DNA of 64,000 bases from a virus: positions 1-64,000 of IMG/VR virus record IMGVR_UViG_3300045988_118194; one strand, written 5' to 3'. How positions within the stretch are numbered: the first letter of the stretch is position 1; each line of letters starts with the position of its first letter. A program made the translations under genes and the position numbers. Shown in pieces: positions 27,084 through 37,361 of this stretch. The notes beneath the pieces are model-generated. The model did not search any database. It was given only the letters and a program-made list of their open reading frames with translations, and had not been told where the DNA came from.

Positions 27084-27572
27084 ATGGAAAAGAATTTAAA
27101 ACTCGTATGCCCAAAATGTGGCACCCCTCACCAGCCTCATTCTCCGCACACGATGGATGCAGATGGATTTGAAAGGTGTGAGATAAGAACTATCATGGAA
27201 GACAAGGGATGGTGCTACGAATGCTCTTTTTGGCAAAATATGTACGACAAGCACAAAGACGATCCTGGATGGATTAGGATAGACGGTGAAAGCTGGGTGC
27301 TTAAGCCTATGGTGGAAAACGTACCGAGCGGATGGAACAGCCTTGGATGTGGTGGAAGAAAGATGTATATCAATATCGAAGGGAAAGGCATTGTTGTATC
27401 AAATAACTGCTGGTGCCAAGGTGATGTTTCGGACGCATTCAAGGATCTTATGCCTGATAATGCTACTTGGGCTACGAAGGAGGAATTTGACAAAGCTCCT
27501 GTAGTAGGATATATTGTAGAAGGTATTGGTTTAGTTTTCACAGATAGGGAAGGTCATGAAGTTAATGCTTAG
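27084..27572 (+). CDS. Cys/His-rich protein (zinc-binding?) with a C-terminal EGIG motif domain
   Basis: CPKCGTPHQPHSPH...C...CYEC...C...CWC. Confidence 0.4.
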   Translation: MEKNLKLVCPKCGTPHQPHSPHTMDADGFERCEIRTIMEDKGWCYECSFWQNMYDKHKDDPGWIRIDGESWVLKPMVENVPSGWNSLGCGGRKMYINIEGKGIVVSNNCWCQGDVSDAFKDLMPDNATWATKEEFDKAPVVGYIVEGIGLVFTDREGHEVNA

Positions 27573-27813
27573 AAACTTGTTTCATATTCCTCTTAGAATA
27601 GTTGAAAGGAAATTAACTAATGGGGAAGTAGAATATTGGTGCCAATATCAAAACATTTTTGGGAAATGGAAAAACAGGATAAAATACGATATGTTTGGCA
27701 TGTCGTGTTATGCTGTTTTTTATTCATTCGAAGATGCGTATGAATTTAATTATGGTAAGAACAAAGAAGAAAAGGTAAAGGTAGTGGACTCTTGTTACAA
27801 GAAACGGTTTTAA
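27556..27813 (+). CDS. hypothetical protein (85 aa), last gene of the plus-strand block
   Basis: ORF. Confidence 0.35.
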   Translation: MKLMLRNLFHIPLRIVERKLTNGEVEYWCQYQNIFGKWKNRIKYDMFGMSCYAVFYSFEDAYEFNYGKNKEEKVKVVDSCYKKRF

Positions 27814-27818
27814 TAATT

Positions 27819-27860
27819 ATGGCACCAATAGTTCTTGGTGCCATAATTATTTTTTTATTT
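27819..27860. terminator. bidirectional factor-independent terminator at the convergent junction
   Basis: 8-bp stem atggcacc/ggtgccat with a 10-nt loop, followed by aattatttttttattt. It sits between the convergent stop codons at 27813 and 27855. Confidence 0.6.
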
Positions 27861-28586
27861 GAACTCATATCGCAATTGTTTGGTTATAGTATTATTATAT
27901 ACAGGGTTATATCTATCAGAAGGATCTATTAGATACAGGTTTACGTCAGCTTTAAATACTATGTAGCTATCATCTTGTATATTAGACTGAATATGTATTA
28001 TAGAAACAGTGTTTAACGATACTGTATTATTAAGTCTATCTTCTATATTGACATTGCTATCAACAACCCCCAGATTCCATTTTGAACCATCCTTGTAAAG
28101 AGCTTTATAGGTAGGGATGCCAGGTGTCCCTTCATCTGTCTCCTCTTTTATTTCGTAGGTGTAATTCAGGAACAACATTGTATCAGGAACAACATTGTAA
28201 ATAGACTCTGGAGCGTGATTATGATAAACTTTATATTTTCTGTAAGTAATAGGAGTAGAAACAAGAACAAAGTTAATGACAGGCAAACTAACGTGTAGAA
28301 TATTATAATCATTTCCATTTTGTGGAGAAACAATTATAGCTATTTTATCTAATCCTTGAATATCTGTACTATTTTCAGTATATGTATCTATCAATTCTCT
28401 ATTATCAGAGGGCAATCCCCCTGAGATACTAATAGAAGAGATGATTGGTTTTGGAGTAACGTAAATCAAAGGACTGGAGCTTACGACACCTACATTTTTT
28501 CCATCTACGAATATGGTTCCGCCTATACAGTTGCTATTTATTACATATTCGTATAGCTTAATATTATTTTCGTATCTTCTTCTCAT
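27855..28586 (-). CDS. hypothetical protein (243 aa), possibly virion-associated
   Basis: ORF. Ser/Thr/Asn/Tyr-rich beta-like composition. Confidence 0.4.
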   Translation of the reverse strand: MRRRYENNIKLYEYVINSNCIGGTIFVDGKNVGVVSSSPLIYVTPKPIISSISISGGLPSDNRELIDTYTENSTDIQGLDKIAIIVSPQNGNDYNILHVSLPVINFVLVSTPITYRKYKVYHNHAPESIYNVVPDTMLFLNYTYEIKEETDEGTPGIPTYKALYKDGSKWNLGVVDSNVNIEDRLNNTVSLNTVSIIHIQSNIQDDSYIVFKADVNLYLIDPSDRYNPVYNNTITKQLRYEFK

Positions 28587-28590
28587 AATT

Positions 28591-28797
28591 TCATAAAATT
28601 AATTCAGTAAAAGGACGAACATAATGTGAACTACCCCTTGAACCTATATCCAAATGATCTCCTTGGATGTTTATATCATAATACCACGAATAGGTAAATT
28701 TTTCATTTCGAGTGGATGTCCACATTCTATTACTCATTATCGTACCTCCTACCATTAAAAGACATTCGTTTATTTCATTCGCATACAATGATATCAA
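28591..28797 (-). CDS. hypothetical protein (68 aa)
   Basis: ORF. Confidence 0.3.
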   Translation of the reverse strand: MISLYANEINECLLMVGGTIMSNRMWTSTRNEKFTYSWYYDINIQGDHLDIGSRGSSHYVRPFTELIL

Positions 28798-29207
28798 AAA
28801 AACTCTCCGGCGCCACCTACATATCCATTTTGACCATTTTTAAATAAATAGCTATTAGCTTTATTAAAAGCGTAATCTGTATTACTGGTATCATATTCAA
28901 GATACGCATTCTGATTTTCACGCCCCCAATAATCCTTTTTAATAGTTCCCATATGAGAACTATCTTGTGCAAATATATTGTCTATTTCTCCATCCTTACC
29001 CCAACGAAATGTGCCAATATATTCGGTGGCTATAACAAAACACACTTTATCTACAAGAGCTATTCCATTGCATAGATCATTGGAATATCCTTTATTAGAC
29101 CAATTTTGTTTTGTATATAATCCTCCATCTACATGTTGGATGTATATGCCTTTATTGATTATAAGCGAGGGATTTACCCCCATCCCTATTTGAAATCTTC
29201 TTCTCAT
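28794..29207 (-). CDS. hypothetical protein (137 aa)
   Basis: ORF with ATGA-type overlap. Confidence 0.35.
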   Translation of the reverse strand: MRRRFQIGMGVNPSLIINKGIYIQHVDGGLYTKQNWSNKGYSNDLCNGIALVDKVCFVIATEYIGTFRWGKDGEIDNIFAQDSSHMGTIKKDYWGRENQNAYLEYDTSNTDYAFNKANSYLFKNGQNGYVGGAGEFF

Positions 29208-29248
29208 TTTTTTTTTGCAAGATACTATTTTTTTTCATAACAAAAGAA

Positions 29249-29282
29249 ACCGGTTCCCTATCATCTCTGACTGAGAACCGGT
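29249..29282 (-). terminator. hairpin plus U-rich tract downstream of the 2140-aa gene
   Basis: 8-bp stem accggttc/gaaccggt. On the minus strand it is followed by UUUCUUUUGUUAUG. Confidence 0.45.
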
Positions 29283-29416
29283 AAGAAAACAATTTCAAAA
29301 AAAATAAACCTACAAACTTTTCAAGTAAGAACAAAAAACGTACAATCTACTCTTTGACGATGCTAATATAACATATTGGAATCATACAAAAACAATGCAA
29401 GTCTGATATTCTTCGT

Positions 29417-32400
29417 CTATTTGTAGCTAACGTCATCGTCTCCTTCCGAATCAGGAGTGGCGCCGATGAAGAACATCATTGACTTGTTGTTCGTCTGCTG
29501 CCACCAGTTATAGGCGCGTGCTACGTCTTCCGGCGTCTTAATGTTATACCATTGTTTGATAAACGTCTGTTTGGCGAGTTGCCTAAATAACTTAGACTCT
29601 CCCTTGTATGTACCGGATGTTACTTTATCAAGTGAATAATTCCTAAGATCGGTAAGATCCTTCAGCTTCCGTCCCATAACAAACGGGTCATTAATGATAT
29701 CTACAACGTTAAGCTCCATAATAAACGGCATCTGTGAAGCTATTTCGTTTATGGTTCTGAATCCGACATAGGATCCGAATTGAGTAAGCCAACTTTCTTC
29801 GTTTTCATCATCATCACGCCATCCGGCAAGAAGCATAGATACGGCCTGCATGATAAGGAACGTGCCGGCATAGACACTGAGACGTTTGAGATTGGTTTTT
29901 TCTACCTCATTCATATTGTCTTTATTTTCATTCCAGGCATCTATGATGTTTTTCATACCAGACTCGGAAGCCAGGCTAAATGTTTTGGCTATCATATTCT
30001 TTAACGTAATTGACAACCCTTCCTCTTCTTGCATTGTCTGGAAATTGAAGCCACGTCTTTTCCACAGACGTTGAGCCGCCAGCACCAACCATCCTCGGTG
30101 GGCGGTCATGAACCTGGCTATCCAGTTGCGCGATGCGGCAGTTCGGTTTTCTTCATTCAAAGATCCGTTACATATCTGCGACAAGCTACGGACTTGATTC
30201 CTGGTTATAGCCATCTGGGTTTCAACTTCCTCAACAGTAACACCTGATCCGGGCTTTACAACCACCTTCCCATCCACGACGTCTACCATACTCCATAAAG
30301 TACGATCTTTTAATGCGTTCCATTCTCTTTTTATGGTACTCTGTTCTTTATTGCGTTCTTTTTCCATCTTGAAATCTTGGAACGTGTAGAACCGGCCTTT
30401 GTAATAACGAACATTGTCCATAGTAGCAATCATAACCTGCGGATCAAGAGGGTAGTTCAGGATTTCCATAAAAGCATACATAGGCGAACGCATTAAGGTC
30501 CTGGCCACTCTATTGTATCCGGCACCATACATACGATTTCGGATATTGAATATCCCCATTCTCTCACCTATGACATATAATTTGCTTTTCCTATCTATGT
30601 CTCCGGTTTCTGCTATACAAGATGGAGCAAGGCGTGAAAATTCAGCCGATGCGTATTTAAGGGAGTCTTTGCTTATATACTGTCCTACGGCAGATTCCAT
30701 GATGAGGTTGATATGACCTGTTAAGGCGCCGGTAGCTGCCACAAACGGAGACAGTGCCAAGTTCATGACCGACATAAATCTTTCAACAGCCATCATAATT
30801 CTTGTAAGGTCTACCGTATATCCTCCGATGTTCACCGTAAGTTTTTTGGTGTTCATCCTAATGCCATAATAATGATCGTTGAAGAAGTCCCTGAACATCT
30901 GATATGCTTGGGTTGCTTCAGCCTTTTTACCACCTTCAAATTGTTTATTCAGTAACATCTGCTCCAGTCCTTGAGCGAGCTCTATAGACTTCTGCTTTTC
31001 GTTGTATAACGATGACTGCATCATAAGCATCGAATAAGAGTAGCCAAAATCGTGAGATACATCATCTTGGTTCTCCAATTCATATATGTAGTATTTAGGT
31101 ATAGACCTAAGTCTGTCTTCCGGATCATACACTTCTCCTTGCCTGGTTTTACCGTATAAAGAATCGTCTACTCTGTCCAGGCACAGATCTGATACAAAAT
31201 TACGAACCGTATTTTTGAAGTTAATACCCAATCCTTCTATACGTTCTATATCTTGTTTTGATATCTGTGGAATAGCATACAGGTTCGGGCTCTGCTCTTT
31301 GTATAGATCAAGGGATTGTCTTTTTATTTCCTTGAGTTTTTGAATCATATTCCACTGCTCTACGTTTTTAGTAGCAACTTCATTACCGTCAGCATCATAC
31401 TTGATACCAAAGTCATTGAAATAAGATTCATCACGATACAGGCTTTTCTTAGGCATTCGATGACCATACCCATGATCTTTTACATAATCAGGATTACGGC
31501 CGTTATTTTCGGCTTCAGATTCAGCCACCCATGCCCTTGCAGGATCGAAAGACAGGTACGATATGTTCATGCCATAATCTTGGGTGGATGTACCGTTTTG
31601 CACGTCCTTAACCATCTGCGCCACATCTATCTCACCTCGACCTATTTTGTCGATCATAGCCGCATATCCGGTAGGCGCCATGCGTTTATAGTAGGAAAAG
31701 ACCTGGCCCCTGGCAAATTCATTAACAATAGCATTAGCTTCTTCTACACCCTCTTCTCTTGTATTATTTAAAAACAAGCTGGCCATCTTAGCATTAACAG
31801 CATTCCTGAAATCTCTACCGTCTAATTCTTTGCTTATACCAAGCTTTTCTGACAGGTAGTTGGTTTCAGATACGGTAAACAGATATCGGTTATCAGCAGC
31901 CTTAAACAGCTTATCCCTTAAAGCCTGAATCCTTTTTGCTTTCTTCGCCGTAGTATGACGTTGTACGAACTTCCATTCCACTTCCTTGGAGTCAGCAAGA
32001 GCATTTAAATAAGACTGATTTACTTCGTTTTCGGCCTTACTGCTTTTAGTAAGGTACTTATCAATATCTTCAAGACCCACCATCTTAGCATAATCTATTA
32101 AAATAGCGTAATCAGCTTCAATAGCTTCAGATGCGGCCCTAAAAGCATCTCTTTCAGATAAGGTAAATGTCGCTTCGTTAATTTCTCCGATATCAGCCAC
32201 ATCTCGGTTGTTTCCGATTATTTCCTTGATAATGGCCTTATTTTTTTCTATATCTTTCACAATCGAATCCACGTCAGTCGCATCTCTATCACTTGTCGTA
32301 GAACCAATGATATCATGCGCCATTTTAAGATACGAAGCCTTGTTATTTGATTCGGTACGCGCCGACTGTTCCGATTCTACTTCATTCCAAAACCGATCAT

Positions 32401-35400
32401 TGAACGACAGGTGACCTCCCAACATAAGTGTCTTCAGCGCAGCTTCTCCTCCCGACTCGCTCTGAATCGTTCTTAATTTTTGCAAAAACGATTCTGATAC
32501 GGCATTGGTAACATTATTTGATTCCTTTCTCCAAACTTCATTTATAGCTTGTATTTCTTTAGCCATCTTAAGTTGGTCGCCGGTTTTTTCCACTCTCCTG
32601 GTTCCTACATATATGTATTCTGAAGCTGCTTCCTTACGTTGTTTACGAAGCAGTCCTTCTTCTTCGTAATTGCTGCTTTTAAAATAGGCAACCTCATCAA
32701 AATTACCACCGCTATCAATAAAAGGCTGCCTCAATATCCGTTTTTGCCTGGATAGAGCATTAAGGTATTCTTTGGTTGTTTGAGAAACCGGATACCCTAA
32801 TTCTTCTTCAGCCTTTTTGTATATGGATTCCATTCTTGTGGCATAACTTTCGCTAAATTCCAGTTCCGAATTTTCAGCATCCCACTTTTCCATCTGTTCT
32901 GTATAAATCTTTTCCTGCTCGATGGTAAAAATATCGGTATTAACTCTATCAGACGATGGTTTGAATTTAGCGTTTTCAGTAACCGTATTTCCATCCTTGT
33001 CAACTACTTCTCTTTTAAATACGTAATTACGGTTATTGTCAACCACATCACCAATTTCTTCTTCTGATATCTCTATGTTCATGGCAGTCGCAAACGCTCG
33101 CATCTGCGCCAGCTTCTTATTACGATCGTATTTAGCCATATCAAGAGCACTACGAAGGTAATTAGAAGTTTTGCCGTCTACTTTCTGAAGCAGTTTTTCA
33201 AATTCAGATTTGTTAAAACCATGCTTTTTAGCATATGCCAGGAAGTCGGATATGGCGGGCTGGGCATTCACCATCGCATTGTAATTGTCTTTGGCAATCA
33301 TAGCTCCAAGAGCGTTATTGAACGGACTGGAAGAATGCTCTAATATACCAAACCACCTACTTATCCAAGAAACATCGTGTTGAACCTTGTCGAAAAATTC
33401 TTTTACTCTCTTTACCTTATCTGCCGGCACATGAAGTTCGTTCATTAACTTATCAAGCAACGTACTTTCATCAAGGTCTTGTACTGATTTAATATCAGAC
33501 TGAATACCGTTGATGTCGGCAATGACGGTATTGATCCTATTTGTATAATCCTGCTTTTCACGCTCATCAAATTCGGTACTTCTGTTACGGATATATCCTC
33601 GAAGATCGTTCATGATCGGAAGAACCTGGTTGTTGATAATATCTACGTTCTTTCGATCATTGGTATTGAAATGAAGCTTACCGTCTTTGGTATCACCATG
33701 AAGGATGGTGTTCACCACATTGCTTAAGTATCTGACCTGAGCTTCGGCTGTAGAGATCATGCTGTTCATGGCAGCCGCCATCTCATTCTTGTCTATTTCG
33801 GTCTCTACTTTATTTATCTTATCTTCTATGGTCTTAAGCTGCGCAAGGGTCATAGACGTAGTTACAGCCCTATCAGAGCTTATCTGACGTAAGTCTCTTA
33901 ATGTTTTCCTTAATGCCAGGATCTTAGACTCAAGAAACTTGTTCTTGTTCATAGAAGAAAGGGAGTATAATGTAAAGTCATTATCCTTTAACAGAGAGGT
34001 GTCAAATCCTTTATCTATGTCAGTAATGGCAAGATCACGAATGTTTTTAATAACGTTATTCAAATCTTGTCTTTGGGTTGATAAAGCTGATTTAAGCCAG
34101 CTTACGATTCCAGAGAAAAGCTGCCGGACGCGCCCCAGGAAGGAGGTGGGCTCTACCGGCGCCTGTGCTGTGCCGGTCTGCATCTCCCTTGCGAGGATCT
34201 TTCCAAGAATTTCTCTCCTAACAGCATTATCAAGCTCAGCTCCTTCATATACCTTACCGTATGTATTATAATACTGACCTGCATACTGGTTCCACTCTTC
34301 CGTACCTTCTACATCTTGCAGAACAGCCTCAACAGCATTCTGATCTCTGTATGCCTCTACAAGGAAGTGGGCTGTTTCTTCTACTAAATCAGATAAAGTA
34401 GCATCTTCACCAACTGCTATTACGTTATTAGCAATATCCGCCAATGCCTTAGCAGAAGGTTCGTGCCCGTATTTGGTTTGGTACTTCTCTATATAGTCGG
34501 TCATACCTATGACACTAACGCCAAGCGTTTTCAGTATCTCGACAATAGAATTTCGTTGGTCACGTTCCTGCCTGCTATAATCTGATACGATCTTAGCTTT
34601 AGTATCAGCATAAAGATCGTTATCTTCTAATATGAATGAAACTACAAGCGCATCAAAATGATCGTACTTGGCGTCCAATTCATTGTATCTTCCTGACTTA
34701 AGATCGTTCTTTATCTGTTCCCTACTAACCCTTTCCGTTCCTCCGGTGGCGAGTCTCATAGTTACCTTACTGTTATCCAACGAGCTTATGGTTATCATAC
34801 CTTGGTCGTTCATGGAAACATCGGAACCAAAATGATTACGGAGCTCGGTGTATGATAAGGCTGAATTGAAAAGTCTAATTTGTCCTGTATAACCTTCTCC
34901 TGTAAGATAATAGCTTCTTGTTTCAGAATCGAATATCTTAGATCCTGACAAAAGACCTTTCTTTATAAGGTAGTTAATTATCCCGCCTTTTGTTGATAAA
35001 GAAGTAGAAGCAGAAGCGGTCATGACCGGTATAAAAGACTTGGGATTATTAAGAACATACTTTCCAGCTTTGTAAGTAATGTCTGCCACGCCATCCACGG
35101 TAGATTCTTGAACGGTTCCTGATAAGAATCCTATTCTAATATCATTCCCGCCAGAGCGAAGAGCTTCTCCGTAATCTTCAAATAATTGACTACGATCGTT
35201 CATGAAAAACAAACGAGGCTCTCCAGTCTGATACGTTACACCCACAGGATTAGAATCTGTTTCTGGTAGCTCTTCTGGGCTAAATATCTTAAGACCGTCT
35301 TTTATAACCATATAATTAACACCCTTATCCTGTACCATAGATACGGGAGTGAAGTCTGAAGATATGGTATCTTGTAGATACTGCCCGGCGTCTATTCCAG

Positions 35401-35839
35401 GTCCTTCCGGTACGGAAATACTTGACGGGACCATAGCATCCACCAACATAATATTATCACCCAGATTTTGGCTGTAGAATCCAAAGCCCGATTCTTGGAT
35501 TTCATAAGGTGCATCTGATTTTGACACAAGAACAGGGTTACTCATCTTAGAAGCCTTATCCAGCACCCTTTCCCTATAGGCTTCCGGAATAAGATCGATG
35601 TTGGATTTCACCTTATTGTAGGCCTGTTTATTAACAGGTACATTCCTTCTCCAGTCGCCAAAAGCCTTTAAGAACTTATTAGAAAATACGGTTTTAAAAA
35701 CAGTAGTAGCCCGTTCCCTGTTCTCCATAAGAGGAATAGATGCTATTTTATCAAACAACATAGACCTGTCCCCTGATCTGGTAGAGACAGAAACAACTTT
35801 CTTTTTATTATCTCTTTTAATAATACACGTTGATGTCAT
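29417..35839 (-). CDS. giant protein (2140 aa), function unknown. Possibly a crAss-type ejected cargo protein.
   Basis: Uninterrupted 6.4-kb ORF. No DxDGD RNAP motif, P-loop or other motif recognised by eye. Confidence 0.7.
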   Translation of the reverse strand: MTSTCIIKRDNKKKVVSVSTRSGDRSMLFDKIASIPLMENRERATTVFKTVFSNKFLKAFGDWRRNVPVNKQAYNKVKSNIDLIPEAYRERVLDKASKMSNPVLVSKSDAPYEIQESGFGFYSQNLGDNIMLVDAMVPSSISVPEGPGIDAGQYLQDTISSDFTPVSMVQDKGVNYMVIKDGLKIFSPEELPETDSNPVGVTYQTGEPRLFFMNDRSQLFEDYGEALRSGGNDIRIGFLSGTVQESTVDGVADITYKAGKYVLNNPKSFIPVMTASASTSLSTKGGIINYLIKKGLLSGSKIFDSETRSYYLTGEGYTGQIRLFNSALSYTELRNHFGSDVSMNDQGMITISSLDNSKVTMRLATGGTERVSREQIKNDLKSGRYNELDAKYDHFDALVVSFILEDNDLYADTKAKIVSDYSRQERDQRNSIVEILKTLGVSVIGMTDYIEKYQTKYGHEPSAKALADIANNVIAVGEDATLSDLVEETAHFLVEAYRDQNAVEAVLQDVEGTEEWNQYAGQYYNTYGKVYEGAELDNAVRREILGKILAREMQTGTAQAPVEPTSFLGRVRQLFSGIVSWLKSALSTQRQDLNNVIKNIRDLAITDIDKGFDTSLLKDNDFTLYSLSSMNKNKFLESKILALRKTLRDLRQISSDRAVTTSMTLAQLKTIEDKINKVETEIDKNEMAAAMNSMISTAEAQVRYLSNVVNTILHGDTKDGKLHFNTNDRKNVDIINNQVLPIMNDLRGYIRNRSTEFDEREKQDYTNRINTVIADINGIQSDIKSVQDLDESTLLDKLMNELHVPADKVKRVKEFFDKVQHDVSWISRWFGILEHSSSPFNNALGAMIAKDNYNAMVNAQPAISDFLAYAKKHGFNKSEFEKLLQKVDGKTSNYLRSALDMAKYDRNKKLAQMRAFATAMNIEISEEEIGDVVDNNRNYVFKREVVDKDGNTVTENAKFKPSSDRVNTDIFTIEQEKIYTEQMEKWDAENSELEFSESYATRMESIYKKAEEELGYPVSQTTKEYLNALSRQKRILRQPFIDSGGNFDEVAYFKSSNYEEEGLLRKQRKEAASEYIYVGTRRVEKTGDQLKMAKEIQAINEVWRKESNNVTNAVSESFLQKLRTIQSESGGEAALKTLMLGGHLSFNDRFWNEVESEQSARTESNNKASYLKMAHDIIGSTTSDRDATDVDSIVKDIEKNKAIIKEIIGNNRDVADIGEINEATFTLSERDAFRAASEAIEADYAILIDYAKMVGLEDIDKYLTKSSKAENEVNQSYLNALADSKEVEWKFVQRHTTAKKAKRIQALRDKLFKAADNRYLFTVSETNYLSEKLGISKELDGRDFRNAVNAKMASLFLNNTREEGVEEANAIVNEFARGQVFSYYKRMAPTGYAAMIDKIGRGEIDVAQMVKDVQNGTSTQDYGMNISYLSFDPARAWVAESEAENNGRNPDYVKDHGYGHRMPKKSLYRDESYFNDFGIKYDADGNEVATKNVEQWNMIQKLKEIKRQSLDLYKEQSPNLYAIPQISKQDIERIEGLGINFKNTVRNFVSDLCLDRVDDSLYGKTRQGEVYDPEDRLRSIPKYYIYELENQDDVSHDFGYSYSMLMMQSSLYNEKQKSIELAQGLEQMLLNKQFEGGKKAEATQAYQMFRDFFNDHYYGIRMNTKKLTVNIGGYTVDLTRIMMAVERFMSVMNLALSPFVAATGALTGHINLIMESAVGQYISKDSLKYASAEFSRLAPSCIAETGDIDRKSKLYVIGERMGIFNIRNRMYGAGYNRVARTLMRSPMYAFMEILNYPLDPQVMIATMDNVRYYKGRFYTFQDFKMEKERNKEQSTIKREWNALKDRTLWSMVDVVDGKVVVKPGSGVTVEEVETQMAITRNQVRSLSQICNGSLNEENRTAASRNWIARFMTAHRGWLVLAAQRLWKRRGFNFQTMQEEEGLSITLKNMIAKTFSLASESGMKNIIDAWNENKDNMNEVEKTNLKRLSVYAGTFLIMQAVSMLLAGWRDDDENEESWLTQFGSYVGFRTINEIASQMPFIMELNVVDIINDPFVMGRKLKDLTDLRNYSLDKVTSGTYKGESKLFRQLAKQTFIKQWYNIKTPEDVARAYNWWQQTNNKSMMFFIGATPDSEGDDDVSYK

Positions 35840-35899
35840 AGTAAAACATTTTTGTTATGAGACAAAGGTAGTTAAAAATCAAGCATATCATAAAAAATA

Positions 35900-35929
35900 A
35901 AGCCACCTAACTTCTCAGTCTGATGGCTT
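35900..35929 (-). terminator. weak hairpin plus U-tract upstream of the giant gene
   Basis: 6-bp stem aagcca/tggctt. On the minus strand it is followed by UAUUUUUUAUG. Confidence 0.3.
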
Positions 35930-35980
35930 AAAATGATATGAAAAAAAATTATAATCTGACGAAAAATCGTCAAGTTCAGC

Positions 35981-36304
35981 TTATATGTAATGCATGTACC
36001 CATCTCGGTGAATAAACCTTCCCGATTCAAAGCGCTCAATATCTTCAGGGCAAATAGGGCCCGAATCCTCTCTCCTGGCTTCAAACCAAAGCCCCGGCTT
36101 ACGAAGTCGGCAAGTTATGATATAGTTAAAGCAATTGTGCGTAAAATGGAAAACAGATCCTACAGGGAAATACCTATCAGCTTGAAATACGATTCTTTTT
36201 CGTTTAGTATCAAACGTGATATCTCCTACTATCTTAGCCACGTAATAGCTTCTGCCATTTAACGTTTCATCTGTTTGTGGTATCCAATAATAACCTCTTG
36301 CCAT
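35981..36304 (-). CDS. hypothetical protein (107 aa)
   Basis: ORF. Confidence 0.35.
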   Translation of the reverse strand: MARGYYWIPQTDETLNGRSYYVAKIVGDITFDTKRKRIVFQADRYFPVGSVFHFTHNCFNYIITCRLRKPGLWFEARREDSGPICPEDIERFESGRFIHRDGYMHYI

Positions 36305-36342
36305 GCCACAAATATATGAAAAAGTCGGATAACTTACGTACC

Positions 36343-36654
36343 CTACTCTATTATTTGTTTAAATAGTCCAATTTCATCTATTTTGACATGACCGCTTTGC
36401 ATACGACCATTATTAGGATTATGTAGAAAATTGAAACCACTTTCTTTTTCCTGTCTTTCAAAAGAACTGATATCCTTTCCTCTACGGGCTCTTTCAAAAG
36501 CTTTCTTGAACAACTTGCCTCTAAAGGTCTTGACGAGGATCTTGGTAGCGTTATTGCCGGCTTTTACCATTGCTTTCCTTGCCTGGTCCTCCGAGACAAA
36601 ACTGCTTCGGAAAATATACGATGCTGCTGCTTGTATATCTTGTTTAGTAATCAT
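36343..36654 (-). CDS. hypothetical protein (103 aa)
   Basis: ORF. Confidence 0.35.
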   Translation of the reverse strand: MITKQDIQAAASYIFRSSFVSEDQARKAMVKAGNNATKILVKTFRGKLFKKAFERARRGKDISSFERQEKESGFNFLHNPNNGRMQSGHVKIDEIGLFKQIIE

Positions 36655-37001
36655 ATGACAAACATTTCTTTCAAGATACTATTTTGTATGCTATATATCA
36701 ATTTCATCCCATCTCTATCATATACGTCAAAAAAGGATTCACTTAAGTTCTTTGGATTTACATTCAGTTGAATTATGCAATTACCGGTATAAACCTTAAT
36801 TCCGTAATTATCAGAGTATATATCTTGCATAGTCTCAAATGTCTCAATTAAATTTTCAACAAGGACTCTGTTAAATGAAAAAGGTTCTTTACCATTACCT
36901 TTAAATGTGATATGATCTAAATTTATGTTGTCAAATTCATACTCTAACTGATTGCCGTCCATCATATTATAAATGATTGACTTTCTGATTATAAATCCCA
37001 T
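36651..37001 (-). CDS. hypothetical protein (116 aa)
   Basis: ORF with ATGA overlap. Confidence 0.35.
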   Translation of the reverse strand: MGFIIRKSIIYNMMDGNQLEYEFDNINLDHITFKGNGKEPFSFNRVLVENLIETFETMQDIYSDNYGIKVYTGNCIIQLNVNPKNLSESFFDVYDRDGMKLIYSIQNSILKEMFVI

Positions 37002-37018
37002 ATTGTTTTATTTTTTAG

Positions 37019-37324
37019 TTAATACAAATCTTCTGAATACAACTGTTCTCTAATGGCATTCCTATCTACCACCATCTCCTGATTATTGTTTCTAACAAGT
37101 TCAGACGCTTCCTCTCTTGTTAAAAACCGATTCTTGCTTGTCAAAAATCCTTGAACACTGCGGTTTTTATGGGCTATACCGTATGCCGCAAACTGAGAAA
37201 TGATAGAACAATGTCTCAATCCACAAAATACGGCGCCGGATGGTATATTGGTGGGCTGATGAGGACGCTTCTTGCCGTCCTGCACCCAGATGGCCGCGCA
37301 TATTACTATTTCTTTATTATACAT
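37019..37324 (-). CDS. hypothetical protein (101 aa)
   Basis: ORF 37 nt downstream of the iscB stop. Confidence 0.35.
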   Translation of the reverse strand: MYNKEIVICAAIWVQDGKKRPHQPTNIPSGAVFCGLRHCSIISQFAAYGIAHKNRSVQGFLTSKNRFLTREEASELVRNNNQEMVVDRNAIREQLYSEDLY

Positions 37325-37361
37325 GATACGTTTTTCTATTAAATTTATTAAATCCGTTCAT

